Positions 13,401 through 27,168 of a stretch of 64,000 nt of DNA are shown piece after piece; the first letter of the stretch is position 1; each line of letters opens with the position of its first letter. The DNA lies in the NCBI GenBank assembly GCA_002633005.1, contig NMRA01000144.1, positions 1-64,000 on the forward strand, written 5' to 3'. The stretch comes from Phoronis australis. Its lineage: Eukaryota > Animalia > Phoronida. Under the pieces are notes generated by a model. The model was not told the DNA's origin and ran no database searches. It saw nothing but the letters and a program-made list of their open reading frames with translations. The position numbers and the translations under genes are program-made.

Positions 13401-16400
13401 ACATTCGCACAAACCCGCTCGCCCACACAAGTCAGTCCGCTAATGGAAGGTCAAAGTTCAGGCAAGGATGAGACGATACGTGTGTGTTACCAATTCAATA
13501 AATTTCGGATTATGTTCTGTACAAGATTACTGGCTTAGGACTCATTTTTTCAAATTTCAGTAATTTTGCAGAATCTTTGAGCAGAGACTAATAGATGATA
13601 GATTTAGACACCGTTTAGTATGAACTGTGTGTAAATTCGGGTCCAAAACAACCGATTCAACGGGAGTGAGAGATTATTACCCAACGCGCCAGAGTCAAAC
13701 CTGAAATAGTGCCCTAGCCAGTTTCATATAGACTAAACGGAACTCAGTGTATTGAAATTTGATAAAACGACTATTTATCATATAAACGACTATTTATTAT
13801 GTGGCAAAATTGTAGATATTTTTAGGTACCAAGTGAATGTTGGCCTTGTAAATCTTGATGCCAGGAAAATGGAAAACGTAAAGCAAATTCCACCATGTTC
13901 CGTTTCTCTACAGGTTGCTGGTTTCCTATCACATCATAATTAATCCCTTCCGTAGTGGTTTCAGGCAACTATCATACCACGACATTTGCCATGTTTGGCT
14001 TTCAATATTTAATTGCATGAAACACTCGAACTATTAAAAGAAAAATCGATTATCATATCACTGAAATATCAACACAAAATGGCGTATGACACAAATGCAG
14101 GTGGTGGCGTACAGCTTAATCCTTGAAAGTAATGCACTCTAATAAACTCTAATACTCTTTCCTTTGGTTTCACCAGTTCAGAACATAGAACGACCTTTTT
14201 CAATCGAATTATATTCCAAAATTGGATCAGTTCGTGAATTACAGCTGTGCTCATAATTGCATTATCTTTTACAAATATTTTCAGGAAAATAAAATAGAAA
14301 TTCAGCGGTATTAAAATCTGTCGGCCATTTTGTAGAAAAAATGCACGATGTTGGGAAGTAAGTTTTGACTTAACGGTCTACTAACTACTTACATGAAAAA
14401 TTAACATTAGATTAAGCTGAATGAGTCTCTTCAAAACATAGAAAGTTCAGAACGTTATGATATCACTTATGGCAATGCAAGCATAATGCATCACCTGCTA
14501 AACTTCGAGATTTTCAATACCCTCGCCAATAAAAATACTTCCTGGTGCGAGATGAGTTCAGAATCCCAAATCTACTGTCTGGATCTTCTCATTGTTAGTA
14601 TTGATATTGTCTCATTTGCATATAGAGGCAACGTCGCTGAAAGCTGGTGTCATTCCCACCCTAGCGGCTACAGAGAACAGAGAATCTACTCCCGCTACCG
14701 GAGAACAGCATATTTCAAGTAAGCATTTTCTTTAAGTATTTCGCTACTCCTAACTTCTTTGGGTAAATTACTTAATGCAATTTTTAAAATAAAATCACGC
14801 TTTCTTGCCTCTGAACAACTGTGCCATTATTATGCAAAATATCTTTGAAATGAGTCAAGTTCAACTCGTAACTTAGAAATTTTTAACTGACCGGTAAACT
14901 CAATAGTGGCTGCAGTTAGGCCTATTCCTATTGCGTGACGTTACAATTTACTCGTTTCTGGTTCTCACTAGCGATCGTCTTTCTTTGAGTTTTTGTTAGT
15001 AACTGTCTGGCACAGTTTGAACCAATCTCCATGACTGCTCAAAAGTGCTTAGTTCGATTGTCTAACATTTGCTAGGATGTGATGTAGAGATAGCGAAAAG
15101 GTTCCAACTATCAATTTAGTCTCATTAATGTTTTTGGTTTTTGATCGCATTTTTATCAAAAGAGTCGTTTTCATCTCACAGTGTCGAACTGCACATCAGT
15201 GAACTAACATACATAAAATTGTCAACGGACGAAACGAATAATTAAAACCAGAGCGGAATTGACTGTCAAGATAAACCAGTCTGAGTAAATTTTTGCTACA
15301 CTAACTTGTACATAAAGCCGGATGTAATATCTTGATTGTCTGCCATTAATGAGTTCAGTTATTTGTTTAGCGCACACATGTGCAACTTGTGATTAAGAAT
15401 AACATAAAAAACAATATTAAAACAATAATGTAAAGTTGAATGGAAAAATATTGATAACACAAAATGCCAAGAACTCCAATTCCATTGTGATCCGAAAAAG
15501 CAACATAATGGATGTTTTTAATGACGGACTCAAACAATTAAAACAAAAAAACAGCAAAAACACTGATACACAAATCAATAAAAGACCCTCAGATTCTGTC
15601 ATCGTAGTTTGACCACAGTGCAATGCTGCAATGGAGTAATGAAACGCCCCCTATGTTTTTCCAATGTCAACTTGAACCCTGGATCTGTGCCCAAGAATTT
15701 AAATGGTTGATCCATGGCACGTTAAATCCGTACATTCCATAAAAATGATTTTCATATCTAACAAATACCTACAATAAACAAGAACAAAAACATTTGTCTC
15801 GACTTTTGCTGGTCGACATGGTGAGCAGAACTGTGTATCCGTCCATGTTTTCAAAGGTAGGCTGTGTATTAGCATAAAAGTGCAAAAGGATATAAATATA
15901 ACGACTTCGAACCTTTTCAGCTTGACTCTAGAATTATTTTATTATCTTTTCTTGATCCCGGAAATGTGTAGATTGTGGTTTGCCCGTCTATTCTGTCAGT
16001 GCATCTTGGCCCGGTTGGATAAAAGCTATACATACAGTAGGCTAGTAACAAGTACATCGATTCACCACACGTCACGCCGCTGCTTGTAATGTTGAACAAT
16101 GCACTTGACGTCATGCATCAATCAAAGTTCTTCAGCGGATAAGTTTTAAGTTTCATCCAAGCCAGTCCAGATGAATAGCGATTGTGGTAGCTGATTCCAG
16201 AACCAGGCTCGGTCTCCTACTACATAGATTTTTTCATGCAAAACCCGTAGCAGCTGTGTTCTCATCAAACGCTACTAATCCATAAGAGTCAATTTACACA
16301 TGTATCACCATGGTATATAGGGCACGATTGGGCAGTTCCTACGGATGAGAACAAAATTATCTGCTGTTGGCTACGTCATTGCAGATGCGAGTAAAAATGT

Positions 16401-16542
16401 ATTCATCCGTAAAATTTAATGCTGTGATATTTTCAGTCCTTGCTAGTGCTAGTGTTGTTTAAACGATTTCGGTTACCTTGGTGTTGTTCAAAATGTTTCG
16501 AATTGCAGTAGAGCAAGGATGTACATGTATTCACTGTTTGAC

Positions 16543-16687
16543 CATAGGCGGCGCAGCACTGAAAAAAGTGGGGGCTAAAGCCCCCTCAGCCCCCATGTTG
16601 TGCACCGCCTATAGACCATTTGCGGCGTAGTACTGAAAAAAGTGGGGGGCTATAGCCCCACCAGCCCCCTATGGTGCGCCGCCCATG
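16543..16687 (+). mobile_element. Two tandem copies of a ~70-bp GC-rich mini-MITE (16543-16613, 16617-16687)
   Basis: CAT(A/T)..CGGCG.AG.ACTGAAAAAAGTGGGGGCT...GC.CCGCC.AT(G/A). Outer flanks TTGAC/TTGAT are a probable 5-bp TSD. Confidence 0.8.
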
Positions 16688-17649
16688 TTGATACGTAAGT
16701 GAAGTTCGCCTTTTCACGAATATTTAGGATGAAGTACTATTTCGTTTTCATTTACGCCTTGGGCCAGTGACGAAGTATCGTCCGGACAACAAAAACTGCA
16801 ACTCGAACACATCACGCAATTTGTAATTATCTCCAGAATCTTGCAGCTAGGCTTGCGCATTGTAATTGCATGTCGTAGAAACGTGATACTGGGCTCCGTG
16901 ACCACCAAGTCCGAGTTGAATCCATTACCTATACAAAACTGGATAAATCGAGTGTCACGCGTTTAGCAAATTTCAATTTTCGAGCCAAGTTCGAGTACGG
17001 TTTGGTAATCCTATTCCCATGTAAGAAATATGAACCAGTCTAGAGGAGGACTAGTCCATGAGATAGCTGTGTGTAAGTGCCTCACCATACACCACGTGAT
17101 CATTTATGACCGACTGAACCATGTCCCGCAGATTAAATACATGTACATGTACATGTATGTAACTTACAAGCAAACAGAAAAAAAACTAATTGCCCTTCGT
17201 TTATCTCAACGGTTCAAAACTACAGCGAAAATTCGCAGGTGAATCCAGTAGCTTAAAGTTTATAAAGTTTACATGGGAGTTGATATCGTAGCATGGTATG
17301 AGATATGTTAGATTTGATTAAGAATAATGCTCAAATCCATGGAGATTCTGGCCAGCATAAATTGCATAGTGAATAATTCATATCCTGATGCACTCTGGGA
17401 CATACATATATATCAATGTATGTTGGCATCACATTTTCTTTTAACCAAGTGCTATTGGACAATACACTGGCACAAGCACAGGCTCTTATATTTTGTGTAT
17501 TCAAGCATTTATTTTCTCCTCGTTTTTGCTGTAGATATTGAGCAGCTGTTGCATTGTGTGCCTATACAAGAGTTCGTGTCATTGCGAGATTACGAGCGAA
17601 TTCGGAGGAAACTAGAGTCCGCCGAAGCCATTGTGGCATTCAATAAGAT

Positions 17650-17724
17650 GTGTGCGTGTGTGTGTGTGTATGTGTGTGTGCGCGCGCGCGCTTGTGTGTT
17701 CCCACGCGCGTGCGCGTGTATGTA
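17650..17724. repeat. (TG)n/(CG)n alternating purine-pyrimidine microsatellite
   Basis: GTGTGCGTGTGTGTG...CGCGCGCGCG...CACGCGCGTGCGCGTGTATGTAC. Confidence 0.9.
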
Positions 17725-20561
17725 CATAAATTTATGTAAAATTGGAGCAAAATAGAAGAATGAGTGCTATTAGCTTTTCACTAAACTTTTTACGGTTAGA
17801 GATTTGCAGAACATCAGCAATTTATTGCGAGGCACCCGGCAGCCAAGCAGATGGCCCACCCAAAGCAACCAGAGATCGTACACCTACATTTGCAACCAGC
17901 AGATGGCGAGAAACATTTTTCATTTCAGAAAAAAATCTCGAAGTATGAAAGCGATCTGTGTTTTAAATCAACGTGTTCTGACGTGAGCTAAATTAGGAAG
18001 TCTTCATTCACGTGAACTAACACTTTGAGACAAGACAATGTCAGCTAATTAAATGTTAACTATTTCATTTTATTTCATTGACGAACAACAGGAGGCGTTT
18101 ATATTTACCAGCCTTTGCATGCAAGGCGGCCTCATCCCCAAGCCTCAAGATGGCGCTGATCAGCTTAGCTATTTGAGGCTTGGTGAGATGTCCCTTCTCT
18201 GCGCTGGTTAGCCGTAGACAACGTTCCCCGCTTACAAGAGCGACACAAAAAAACTTCAGGCACTTGAACTCTCTCTAAATACCAGATTTTTTACTACTTT
18301 GATGTGATGAATTTGATTTTTTTCAGAAACTAAACAAGACTCAAAAGGGCAGATCTTAACTATTTTCACAGGCGTTGTTCTTGCTACCATTCGTAACTCG
18401 GAAGCAGAATACACTGTTTTTGCTATTGTTTCTAGTAAAAGGTTTTCACGTAAATTCTGTTTTTCAAAGTACCAAAGAAATTGACCTGCTTTCAGTGAAT
18501 TTAAGACCATCAGTATTTCATCGATGCTTCATAAATACCACCCATTTTGATTTTTCGAATCGTACTGCTGGGAGTTTCTGAGAGGTGATATAACTTAATA
18601 CCACTCGCGATATTCAGGCGATTTCCGTAAAAAAATATGTCAGAATTCTACCAAGTAAATTTATAATCACCAAGTGTCAAATGGCTAAAGCGATCATTTC
18701 GAGTCTTAGGGAGGAGACTACTTGCAAGGTTGCTTAATAATCATGACGCAGTACTCATGTGGCAAACTACTACCATATTCAATGTCCATTGAAAACAAGA
18801 CACGTCTCTCTGTTGGCTCATTTAGGCACATTCATAGTAAAGTTACTCGACGTCTTTTTTGCATGGCAGCTTCATTGTTTTACATCATTCATGAAAATGA
18901 AGCTGTGACAGAATGGCGAAAATAAACTTAGACCGTTTGAAAGCAAATCTGCTTTTGTACCTCGACTAAATATCTACAAAACCAATAATATTTTATCTAT
19001 CGCAATACCTAGTAATTATAGGTTTCCAACAACCACTCATGGCGGTTGTGTAATAAAACGCGACGCTCGTATCACAATTTCAATCGATTGGGATGAAGAG
19101 AATTGGTAGATGGCATAATGATTATAATATTGTGGGTATCAGTTGTTCGTATTCACTAACATAACGCGCAGGCAGCGGAGCCGTCGAAGTGCTTAATTAT
19201 ATGCAGTGGTGAGACTTAGGAAATGTACACTGTATCATGAAGATGGACTAATTATTGGAGTGGTTCTTAATTATACCAAAGAGGGTGAGGGCCACAGTTG
19301 AAAATTGTGATGGGCGGGTCCGTTGACAATTTGTCTGCAATTTTTTGCAAGACATCGTTTTAGTGCATGCATGTCGGAATTCATTAAGCATTCCACTATT
19401 CGATTTTTATCATACAATTTTGCATAAGACCTTTGTACGTAACTAATCGCAGTGTGTTGAAAGTAACAACTTTTCAAGCTACATCAGTTCATACAATAGT
19501 CGCATATGACAGTCTGTATGTTTTGGCACGGATCTAAATATGGTGTATGAAGCCTTAGACAATGTCGTTTAAATTCAGGACTTTGTTGACACGGCTCTAT
19601 CTACATACTTTGCCGCCAAAATGTATTAACCAACTTCCTGTATAGGATCAATGTTGAATTATAGGTGCATCGTTGTGAATTGAGTTTTGTTGTTGTCCAG
19701 CAGAGTTGCACGCCTTCCGAGAATCTTACTTAGAAGCTCTGTTGGTTTATATTGTCATATTAGTATATTAGTTCACTTAGGAAAAACGGCTTACAATATC
19801 TTAATTGGGTTAATCCCGTTTAGTGCTATATAGCTATCAAATTAGGGATCTCCAGAGACGCCTTGTGAGGCAATATACATTTACTATAAAATTCTATGAT
19901 CAATATGCCAACACCAAGTTATACATCGTATGCTGGTCCTCATTGTCTAAGTTCACGTCTACTTGGTATATCCTGCACATTTAATAGTTTTCAAAGAATG
20001 AGGTCCGAAAGTTTGCATTTCGAGAAATCTGTTTGCAAAAATTTAGCCTCTTATGCCGTGATAAGAAGAGAGTAACCTTCTTGTATATGACGTTGTAGAG
20101 TCGGAGCACACTTAGTGTTTAAGACTTCGATCAGTGAGGTCCAAAGTTGCAGACCCCTTGGAACCTCCGAGAACTTACATTTACATGTAAGGCACTGTTG
20201 TCTAACTATAGCATCTAGAAATTTCATGACATCAAACTGACATTGAAACAATTTCTTGCAATTAACGCTGATGAAATCTCATCCCCAACACAATGTATAT
20301 TTCTGGCATGGCCAAAGCCACTGCTACATTCGTCGGACGATTTTTCCATCATAAGATGCCAACCAGGAGACGAAGGAGGACCATCGCACGATTGTCGTTG
20401 TTTTTTAATATTCGCAGTCACATTTTTCGTACGACTGTTGTACCGGTATAACATGCTTTTGGAAGACAAATAATACATGTAGGTCTACTGTTAGGCTGTC
20501 CTTGGAGCCTCCAACAACCGTCGGAAGACACTTGAACACTGAGACTTACGTGACCTACGAT

Positions 20562-20634
20562 CATGGGCGGTGCAGTTCTGAAATAAGTGCAGGGCTATTA
20601 GCCCCCCCGCCCCCTTTATGGTGCGCGGTCCATG
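20562..20634 (+). mobile_element. ~70-bp mini-MITE copy with perfect 5-bp TSD (ACGAT)
   Basis: ACGAT|CATGGGCGGTGCAG...GTGCGCGGTCCATG|ACGAT; same family as 16543-16687. Confidence 0.82.
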
Positions 20635-20871
20635 ACGATAATCGAGAGATTGGCACACGATAATCGTACCCATGCGTCTGTCTCACGACACGTCTACAAA
20701 CAACGAAATGTTTCAAAGGGTTCTATCAATCCATGTGCGCAATTATTCAAGAGACTGTAGAGGAATGTTTTCGGGTAGTTGTGCACCTTCCTTAAAAATC
20801 AATTTATGACAATCACTGCCATGTGTATAAGATAAGACCGTGGTGTATTCTTGCCAATTTGTGGCCCTCAA

Positions 20872-21116
20872 CATGCGCGCACCCAGCCTTCAATCAACAT
20901 GGGTGGCTCTTGACGTCGTGGACCTTATCCTAACAAAACGGCGGGCGGACTAAAAAAAAACAAAAAAAAACGGGAGCACCACTGTGAAGTGCGCCTTCGC
21001 GCTTATGTAGTGGTCTTTTGTCCACTTATCTCGTACCTTTTGTCGCTCGGAGGCGGACCTTTTTTACCTACTTCGCCAATGGGGGCTCCTTCGAGCCACC
21101 CCTGGGTGCGCGCATG
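20872..21116 (+). mobile_element. 245-bp MITE with perfect 15-bp TIR and 5-bp TSD (CTCAA), hAT5-like
   Basis: CTCAA|CATGCGCGCACCCAG...CTGGGTGCGCGCATG|CTCAA. Confidence 0.88.
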
Positions 21117-22519
21117 CTCAAATAACTCAAAAGTCATGTTACATGTATGAGTCCGTCGTGCTATGGTCACACGACATCGCTCACGATCCTACGATAAAAA
21201 TTTATCGTACATGCAGTGTTGAAGTAACAGTGATAAACGTGTTCAAAATTTCCCGACGGTGTTCTACGAAAGCATTTAGGCTCACACCACACTAAACTGC
21301 AATGCTCTACTCTCATCACCTACACATTCTTTCAATCGAATACTTCTCTTGTGAGCAGTGGACTATAACCGAATAGCAAAATCTATGGCATTAAATCAGA
21401 ACAACAGTGGTTCCCGTTTTTTGAAGTCGAATGCGCAACTTCTGACTTATGAAAGGCACAAACATTATTTTTCTTGGACCACGCATGCAGATTCGTTGAA
21501 TAAGGGGTCCATACTTCGCTAAGCGTATGCTCTGGAGTACCGTGTACACATCTGAAAAAAAAGTTGCGAAAAGCATCTGCCAAGGCGTGTTTGGAACTAT
21601 TGACAAGCTGACACATACGACCGCCATCAATCATGTACCGTTGTGAGATCATAGGAAACGTTGTCCATTAGCTTTAAATTACGTGTTCACCGGTCATCCG
21701 GCGACTGACGGAAGCGCGCGTGCGGTTGACCTACAAGAGGACAAGGTCTAGGCAAGAAATATAAACTTTCCATTTTAATTTTCAGTGAAAAATAAATGAA
21801 TGATTCTTGATTGCCTTGATACAAAAATCCTGTTCAATACTGAAGTCGTCTACCATACATTGTTAGCAATAAAATCAGACACCTACAAATGCACAAGCTA
21901 GGTACTTAGCCTTCTGACAAAAAACCGAAATTAACGAAATGTTCTTCGCCGCAAATTTTTCTTCTAGTAGACTGGCGTTCCGAGTTTCCATCTCGGTGGT
22001 CGGTCAATTGCTCAGTTGTTTTTCGCTTATACTCTTCACCTCGGTACTTCATTAACGTGTATTATGTTTTAATCAATATCTTGTAAGCAATAATATTATA
22101 GACTAATTTTTTACCAAGTCTTTGCTGCTTTTCTGCACAAATTTGTAGTGACATCCGTGTGTTTTCGAATACTTTTGTTTCACGTCCTACCATACATTCT
22201 TAACATTGCACTAAAGCATAAGCGGCAATTTGACCAAAAGGATATAAAGGTGGTTTATTAGAAGTGTATTTAAATTTGCGCATAGAAAACATGTCTTCAT
22301 CTTACATGCGAAAACGGCTGTGTTGTATATGATCTGTGTTTACATTGATTTAATAAACAAATAAACAATTCTTATCATTCACAAACTTTCATTTTAAAGG
22401 CGTTTGACGCAGTTCATAATATCTTTCATTTTGGAAATTCTTTTGAATTTGTATTTTGTTTTTTGGCTGCTAAGAATCTGCAAAGGTGTTGGGCTCATGG
22501 AATGAATTCTGTCAGTACA

Positions 22520-22905
22520 GCTGCAGAAACAAAACACCTCTCGCAATGTTGTTAAACTTGCATTGGTAACTGAAATGTCAATGATTTAAAATCGTTTGGA
22601 AGGCGAATCAGTTTCATTGCGTGATGTCAGTTTTATATTTTAACGGCTTTAATCATATTACCCGATTAACTGACTTTCTGACTTCGTATTACATAAAGTT
22701 AACGTTTTCCCTGGATTTTGAATTCTTAAATTTTAGCGGTTTAGTTTATCTGCAAAAAGTCATTGCGTTAACTTTTCTTTTACGATTTATTTCAATGCTC
22801 TTGGAGTTTTCTATGAAACTATAAAAGTAGGAGATCTCCGACTTAGTTGTTGAGCTACTTTCGCTTAAGCAGAGTCAATCCAGATTGCGCAACTTGACCT
22901 TGTTC
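22520..22905 (+). repeat. Old dispersed repeat, homologous to ~39190-39545
   Basis: Colinear shared blocks: TTTT.ACGGC.TTAAT.ATATT..C..TTAACTGA.TTTCT and GCT.AAGCAG.GTCA.....GA.TGCGCAACTTGAC.T. Boundaries are approximate. Confidence 0.55.
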
Positions 22906-22909
22906 TTAA

Positions 22910-23426
22910 AGAGGCCTGGAAAGCGATGCACATCCTAAATTACAATATTGAAAGTGGTTGTCTGGCACTGGAAGAGAATTTAACCTGCTCACCAGATATT
23001 TTTAGGATTTTTTCGTAAAGATTTTTAATTTCTTTTGATATCAAAACATTTATTTAATTTCAAATTTCAAAAAACGACCTGTCCACTGCTCGCCACTTCG
23101 TCGATTTTTCTCCCACAAGGCAAAGCAAATCTGCTTATTTGGTATTGCAAGACATAGACGTAGTACATTTCCTTTATATGGAGAATGTGACCTTTAACCT
23201 CAAACGGTTTCAAGCAACTGACGTTGAGCACATGCGCGCATTTATTATGGGAGGGAGATTAGAAACTCTGTGGTTACCACTGAGTTTTTTCTTCTCGCAT
23301 ATATCAAAAATCGTGAATTTTGTGTTGGGGAAAGTGAATTACTATTTACTAGACGTTGCGAGATGGTACTTTCGTTAGGAAATGTTTGAAAGATATGTTT
23401 GAAGACCTTTCAGTTTCCATGCCTCT
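22910..23426 (+). mobile_element. TTAA-flanked non-autonomous DNA transposon (Kolobok-like)
   Basis: TTAA|AGAGGCCTGGAAA...TTTCCATGCCTCT|TTAA. A TTAA TSD with purine-purine termini is the Kolobok signature. A second partial copy lies at ~26930-27168. Confidence 0.72.
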
Positions 23427-26200
23427 TTAAAAGCGCGCCAACAACACTGTCGCGATTAATCCCTTTGCCTTTCAATATATGGCAATTATGTTACAGTATG
23501 TTGAAATGATTGTGAAATAACTTTAGCGGATGTGAACAATATAACATAAGGTTTTTATTTAATGAAATCCAAACTGTCATTTTAATGAAAATCACACCCT
23601 TTTTATGCACTCGGGTTTGCCTATTGTTTAGTGTGACGTCATGAAAGCTGATGTCACATGCTTTGATCAAACGCCAAAAAAAAAAAACAAAACCTCAACA
23701 CAAAATCAACCTTATCAAATTTAATATTCTGATATTTAAAATAAAAATGGCATTCAAACGTTTTAGAAATTATTCAATGTCGTAAATCAACGACGGTTTT
23801 ACGTCTTTTAAGCAAGCTATTTTTATTCCTCGTAAACCATTTTGTTTCGGTGGTATTTTACGATCGCACAGTTATCGGAAAGTCTTACGCATAATCACTC
23901 ATCGAGTGTGATCAAACACTGTTGTTAAGCTAAATGCACTGGGCGTCTTTACAGCTTAAACCTTTTACTGAATTATTACCAAGTGCATTAACAGAAACAT
24001 CCACTGATGTTCTCGACGAGCCATAGTCAAACTAAGCAATTTCACAAAGCGCACTACGCTAAGCGGACGTTATTGTAATGACTTCCAAACTACGTATATG
24101 TGTACTTTATTGTTCACCAAACAAATTTTAAATGCACATAATGTTTAGTCATCACACAGCTGGGTAATGTAACCATAATTAAGTTTAGTTATATCTCTGA
24201 ATTACTTGAAGAGTAGTCGTAAATTCCAGTCGATTTTGCAACCTCCGTCCCTTTGACCTGTTGACCTACACTTCTTTACTTGAATTCTTCATAGATTTCC
24301 CTTGCCTTAAGTTCCAAACATGGGGAGTGTCGAATGTTTTGATTAAATATTGCGACCTGCCACAGAACCTAAATAAGGAAAGTTAAGACTTCTTCACTGT
24401 AGTTGGAATAGAATTCTGAACAAGCCCAAATTGACGCACCAGCCAAACCGACACAAACTCTAGTTAGTGTGAATGTCCCATTGTCGATCATCATTGCCGG
24501 CCCAAATGAACACTCACAAAAAAGATTCTTTCAAATTTATCCGCTGTGTCAATTTGGGCCTACATAGACGTCGCAGACGTTATTTTTTAATTGATAGCCA
24601 AATTCTTACTATTCAAGTGGCGAATTTGGACACGTCGAAGCAGCGCTCTCTGTAGCTGTAAATATCCGACATCAGTTTGACGAACCGCATTTTAAGTACC
24701 ATGGCAAAATCCATAAGCAGCAATGCACGACGACTGACTCAGCGCGATTTTACTTAAATTACAAAGTAATGCGACAACACGAAGGATTGTGTAACATCAT
24801 ACTTCAGTATACATGGCTTCAAAATCGCCGCGTTATTAAAACTTTCGCTTAATCGCGAGGATTAATTTGATCTTTCGTTTGCAATGAAATTTAATCATTT
24901 TACGCATCGATCGTGTGCTGACAGCACATGATCTAGTATACACGTCACCAAGGTCGAAGTTAGATACATTGTATACGCGATCGTACATTTTGCATTCCTT
25001 GATCGTACTACTGTTGCGGCAGACGTGACAGTGTTTTGCTAAGGAAATAATGTTCCCAACAATCACCTAATGGTGATTCATAACCAGTTCTCCGTATTTC
25101 CTTCGATGAGAATACGGAACGCAGTCCCTGCTTATACACATCGTTTGAATTGAGACACCCGTGTTATTTCAGGCCCGTAGCCACCATTGGGCGGGGGCGT
25201 GATTCGAATTTCTAGAACGGTGGACCTTTGATATTTTGCAAACGTCAACAGTGTAGAGTTCTTCGGTAAAACCTTTGACGCAGCTAAATCAAGGGGATGG
25301 GAAATCTGTATGCATGACTCTCACCTCTGTGTTTCTGAGATGAGACGGAACTTGTAATACCAGAAATAAGGATGCTGTGGCGGTTGGTCGCAAAGAACAG
25401 GAAGCAGATTCAGATGTAATGTGGTCAAGCAAAAAACGTTCTCTCGTTACATGTACCTCCTGCCAAAATTTCAAATTAGGCGTGCTTAAATGATTGATTA
25501 CACCTCATTACATACTCGGACGGAAATAAGAAGTTTACTAGGGTAGTTGGAGACTGTCTTGACGAAATTGTTCATCTTGTATTTTTGCGCGTTACTGAAG
25601 TTTCTTACATCGCTGGGAATGGGAACAGCCCACCATTTCGAACGTTCACCACTCCGAAGATTCACTATTCCGAAGGTTCACTGCTCCGAAAATATCTTAA
25701 CTTTCAGACTCAGGTGTAATTTTTATACTTTTACATGCAAAAATAAACGATAGTTCGGTTATTAGATGTACCTATATCGAACACAACGCCCAGGTACTAA
25801 AACACTTTGTGTGGATTTAATGTAGACAGTGGTCACTGTCTAGCTGGCCAGTACAACTAGAGATGGTGGTCACTGTCTAAATTCATTTGCAATGTGCATC
25901 CGAAATTGCCCGTATGTCTGAACACGGAAAATTAGTACGCTTTTGCACTTTTAAAGGAATATAAAGTAGAAATATTGATGAATTGTCAACCATGATACAT
26001 TCATCAAATCTATGTCAAGATCGCATTGCAGCGCGACTGAAAAGTTTAGGACCGATGCGCCTCAACCTCACCCAAGTAACCTTGCGCTCGGCAAATGTAG
26101 TTAGTAGGCCACCCTGTCCCTACCGGTCTTCACGAGGTCAGGGAGTCCCATTCTGTCTTCTTAAATTTAAAGACGTTGTTGGTCGCCGCAGCCCAGACGC

Positions 26201-26315
26201 CAGTGGTGGCGCAACAATGAAATAAGTGGGTATAGCCACGAGCCCCCTATGTTGCGTGCCACACATGTCTATGGACAGAGCAGCACTGAAATATGTGGGG
26301 GACTATAGCCCTACA
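26201..26315 (+). mobile_element. Decayed tandem copies of the ~70-bp mini-MITE
   Basis: CAGTGGTGGCGCAACAATGAAATAAGTGGGTATAGCC...CCCCTATGTTGCGTGCC followed by GCAGCACTGAAATATGTGGGGGACTATAGCCC. Confidence 0.6.
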
Positions 26316-26929
26316 GAAGCCCATAGACCCAGGTCCCAGAGGTTCTCCCTGCATGCGTTAGAATGAGTCTTAAGCAGACAATCAGAGTAGTGAACTGTAG
26401 GAGTTCTGACTTTGGAAATTCGAAAGAGTGAATTTTTGAACGTAGTGAAACTTCGTATTCATAGTGAGCCTTCGGAGAAGTGGACCTTCGGCATAGCTGT
26501 ACATGTACATGTAACCTTGGAAATGTTTTCCATCAAATTTGTTGCTCGTATGAAGTCTGCGGTGCTGTGCACCATGGACACTGACTGCCGGATAAGAGAA
26601 AACTTTCTTCATTGACCAAAGTTGAGGTCTAGTCCTTCTTTTTCCTAATAACGTGAAAATGCTTGACGGTGTTTTGTCAGTGCAAGAAAACAAGGTAGCT
26701 GAATGTCTGTTTTTAGGACGACACAGGACTGTCTCTAGCTAACTTACAGTCAGTGTGTACTGAATTTGAAAGAACGGAAACTCATGTGTATACTCATGCA
26801 TATCAATCCACCAACATACAATCAGAGTGGACACTGGATGAACAACGTATTTGCATATTTGACGATCACTTTCAATTCAAAATTTGAAAATGCCTACACT
26901 TCACCGTACTATTCTAGCAATTAAACCAA

Positions 26930-27168
26930 AATAGAAGAATAGCAAATCTCAAATTTCCGCTGCAATTGATTGTGGGGGCATACGTGGGAGCGAGATTATG
27001 AATTCTGTGGTCACCACATAGTGTTTCCTTCCTGTGTATCTCAAAAATCGTGAATTTTGTGATTTTTCTGGAAATTTCCTCACTGTACTGGACGTTGCGA
27101 GATGGTATTTTCACCAGGAATTGCCTAAAATATATTTTGACGAGCTTTCTCGTTCCATGCTTCTTTAA
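26930..27168 (+). mobile_element. 3' part of the Kolobok-like element (second copy)
   Basis: Shares TCAAAAATCGTGAATTTTGTG, GACGTTGCGAGATGGTA and terminal TTCCATGC.TCTTTAA with 23240-23430. Confidence 0.7.

Noticed and set aside
24420-24745. Second faint THAP-like relic (VVHCCLW...TRVC) on the minus strand
   Set aside because: Needs several frameshifts and has too few conserved residues to support.
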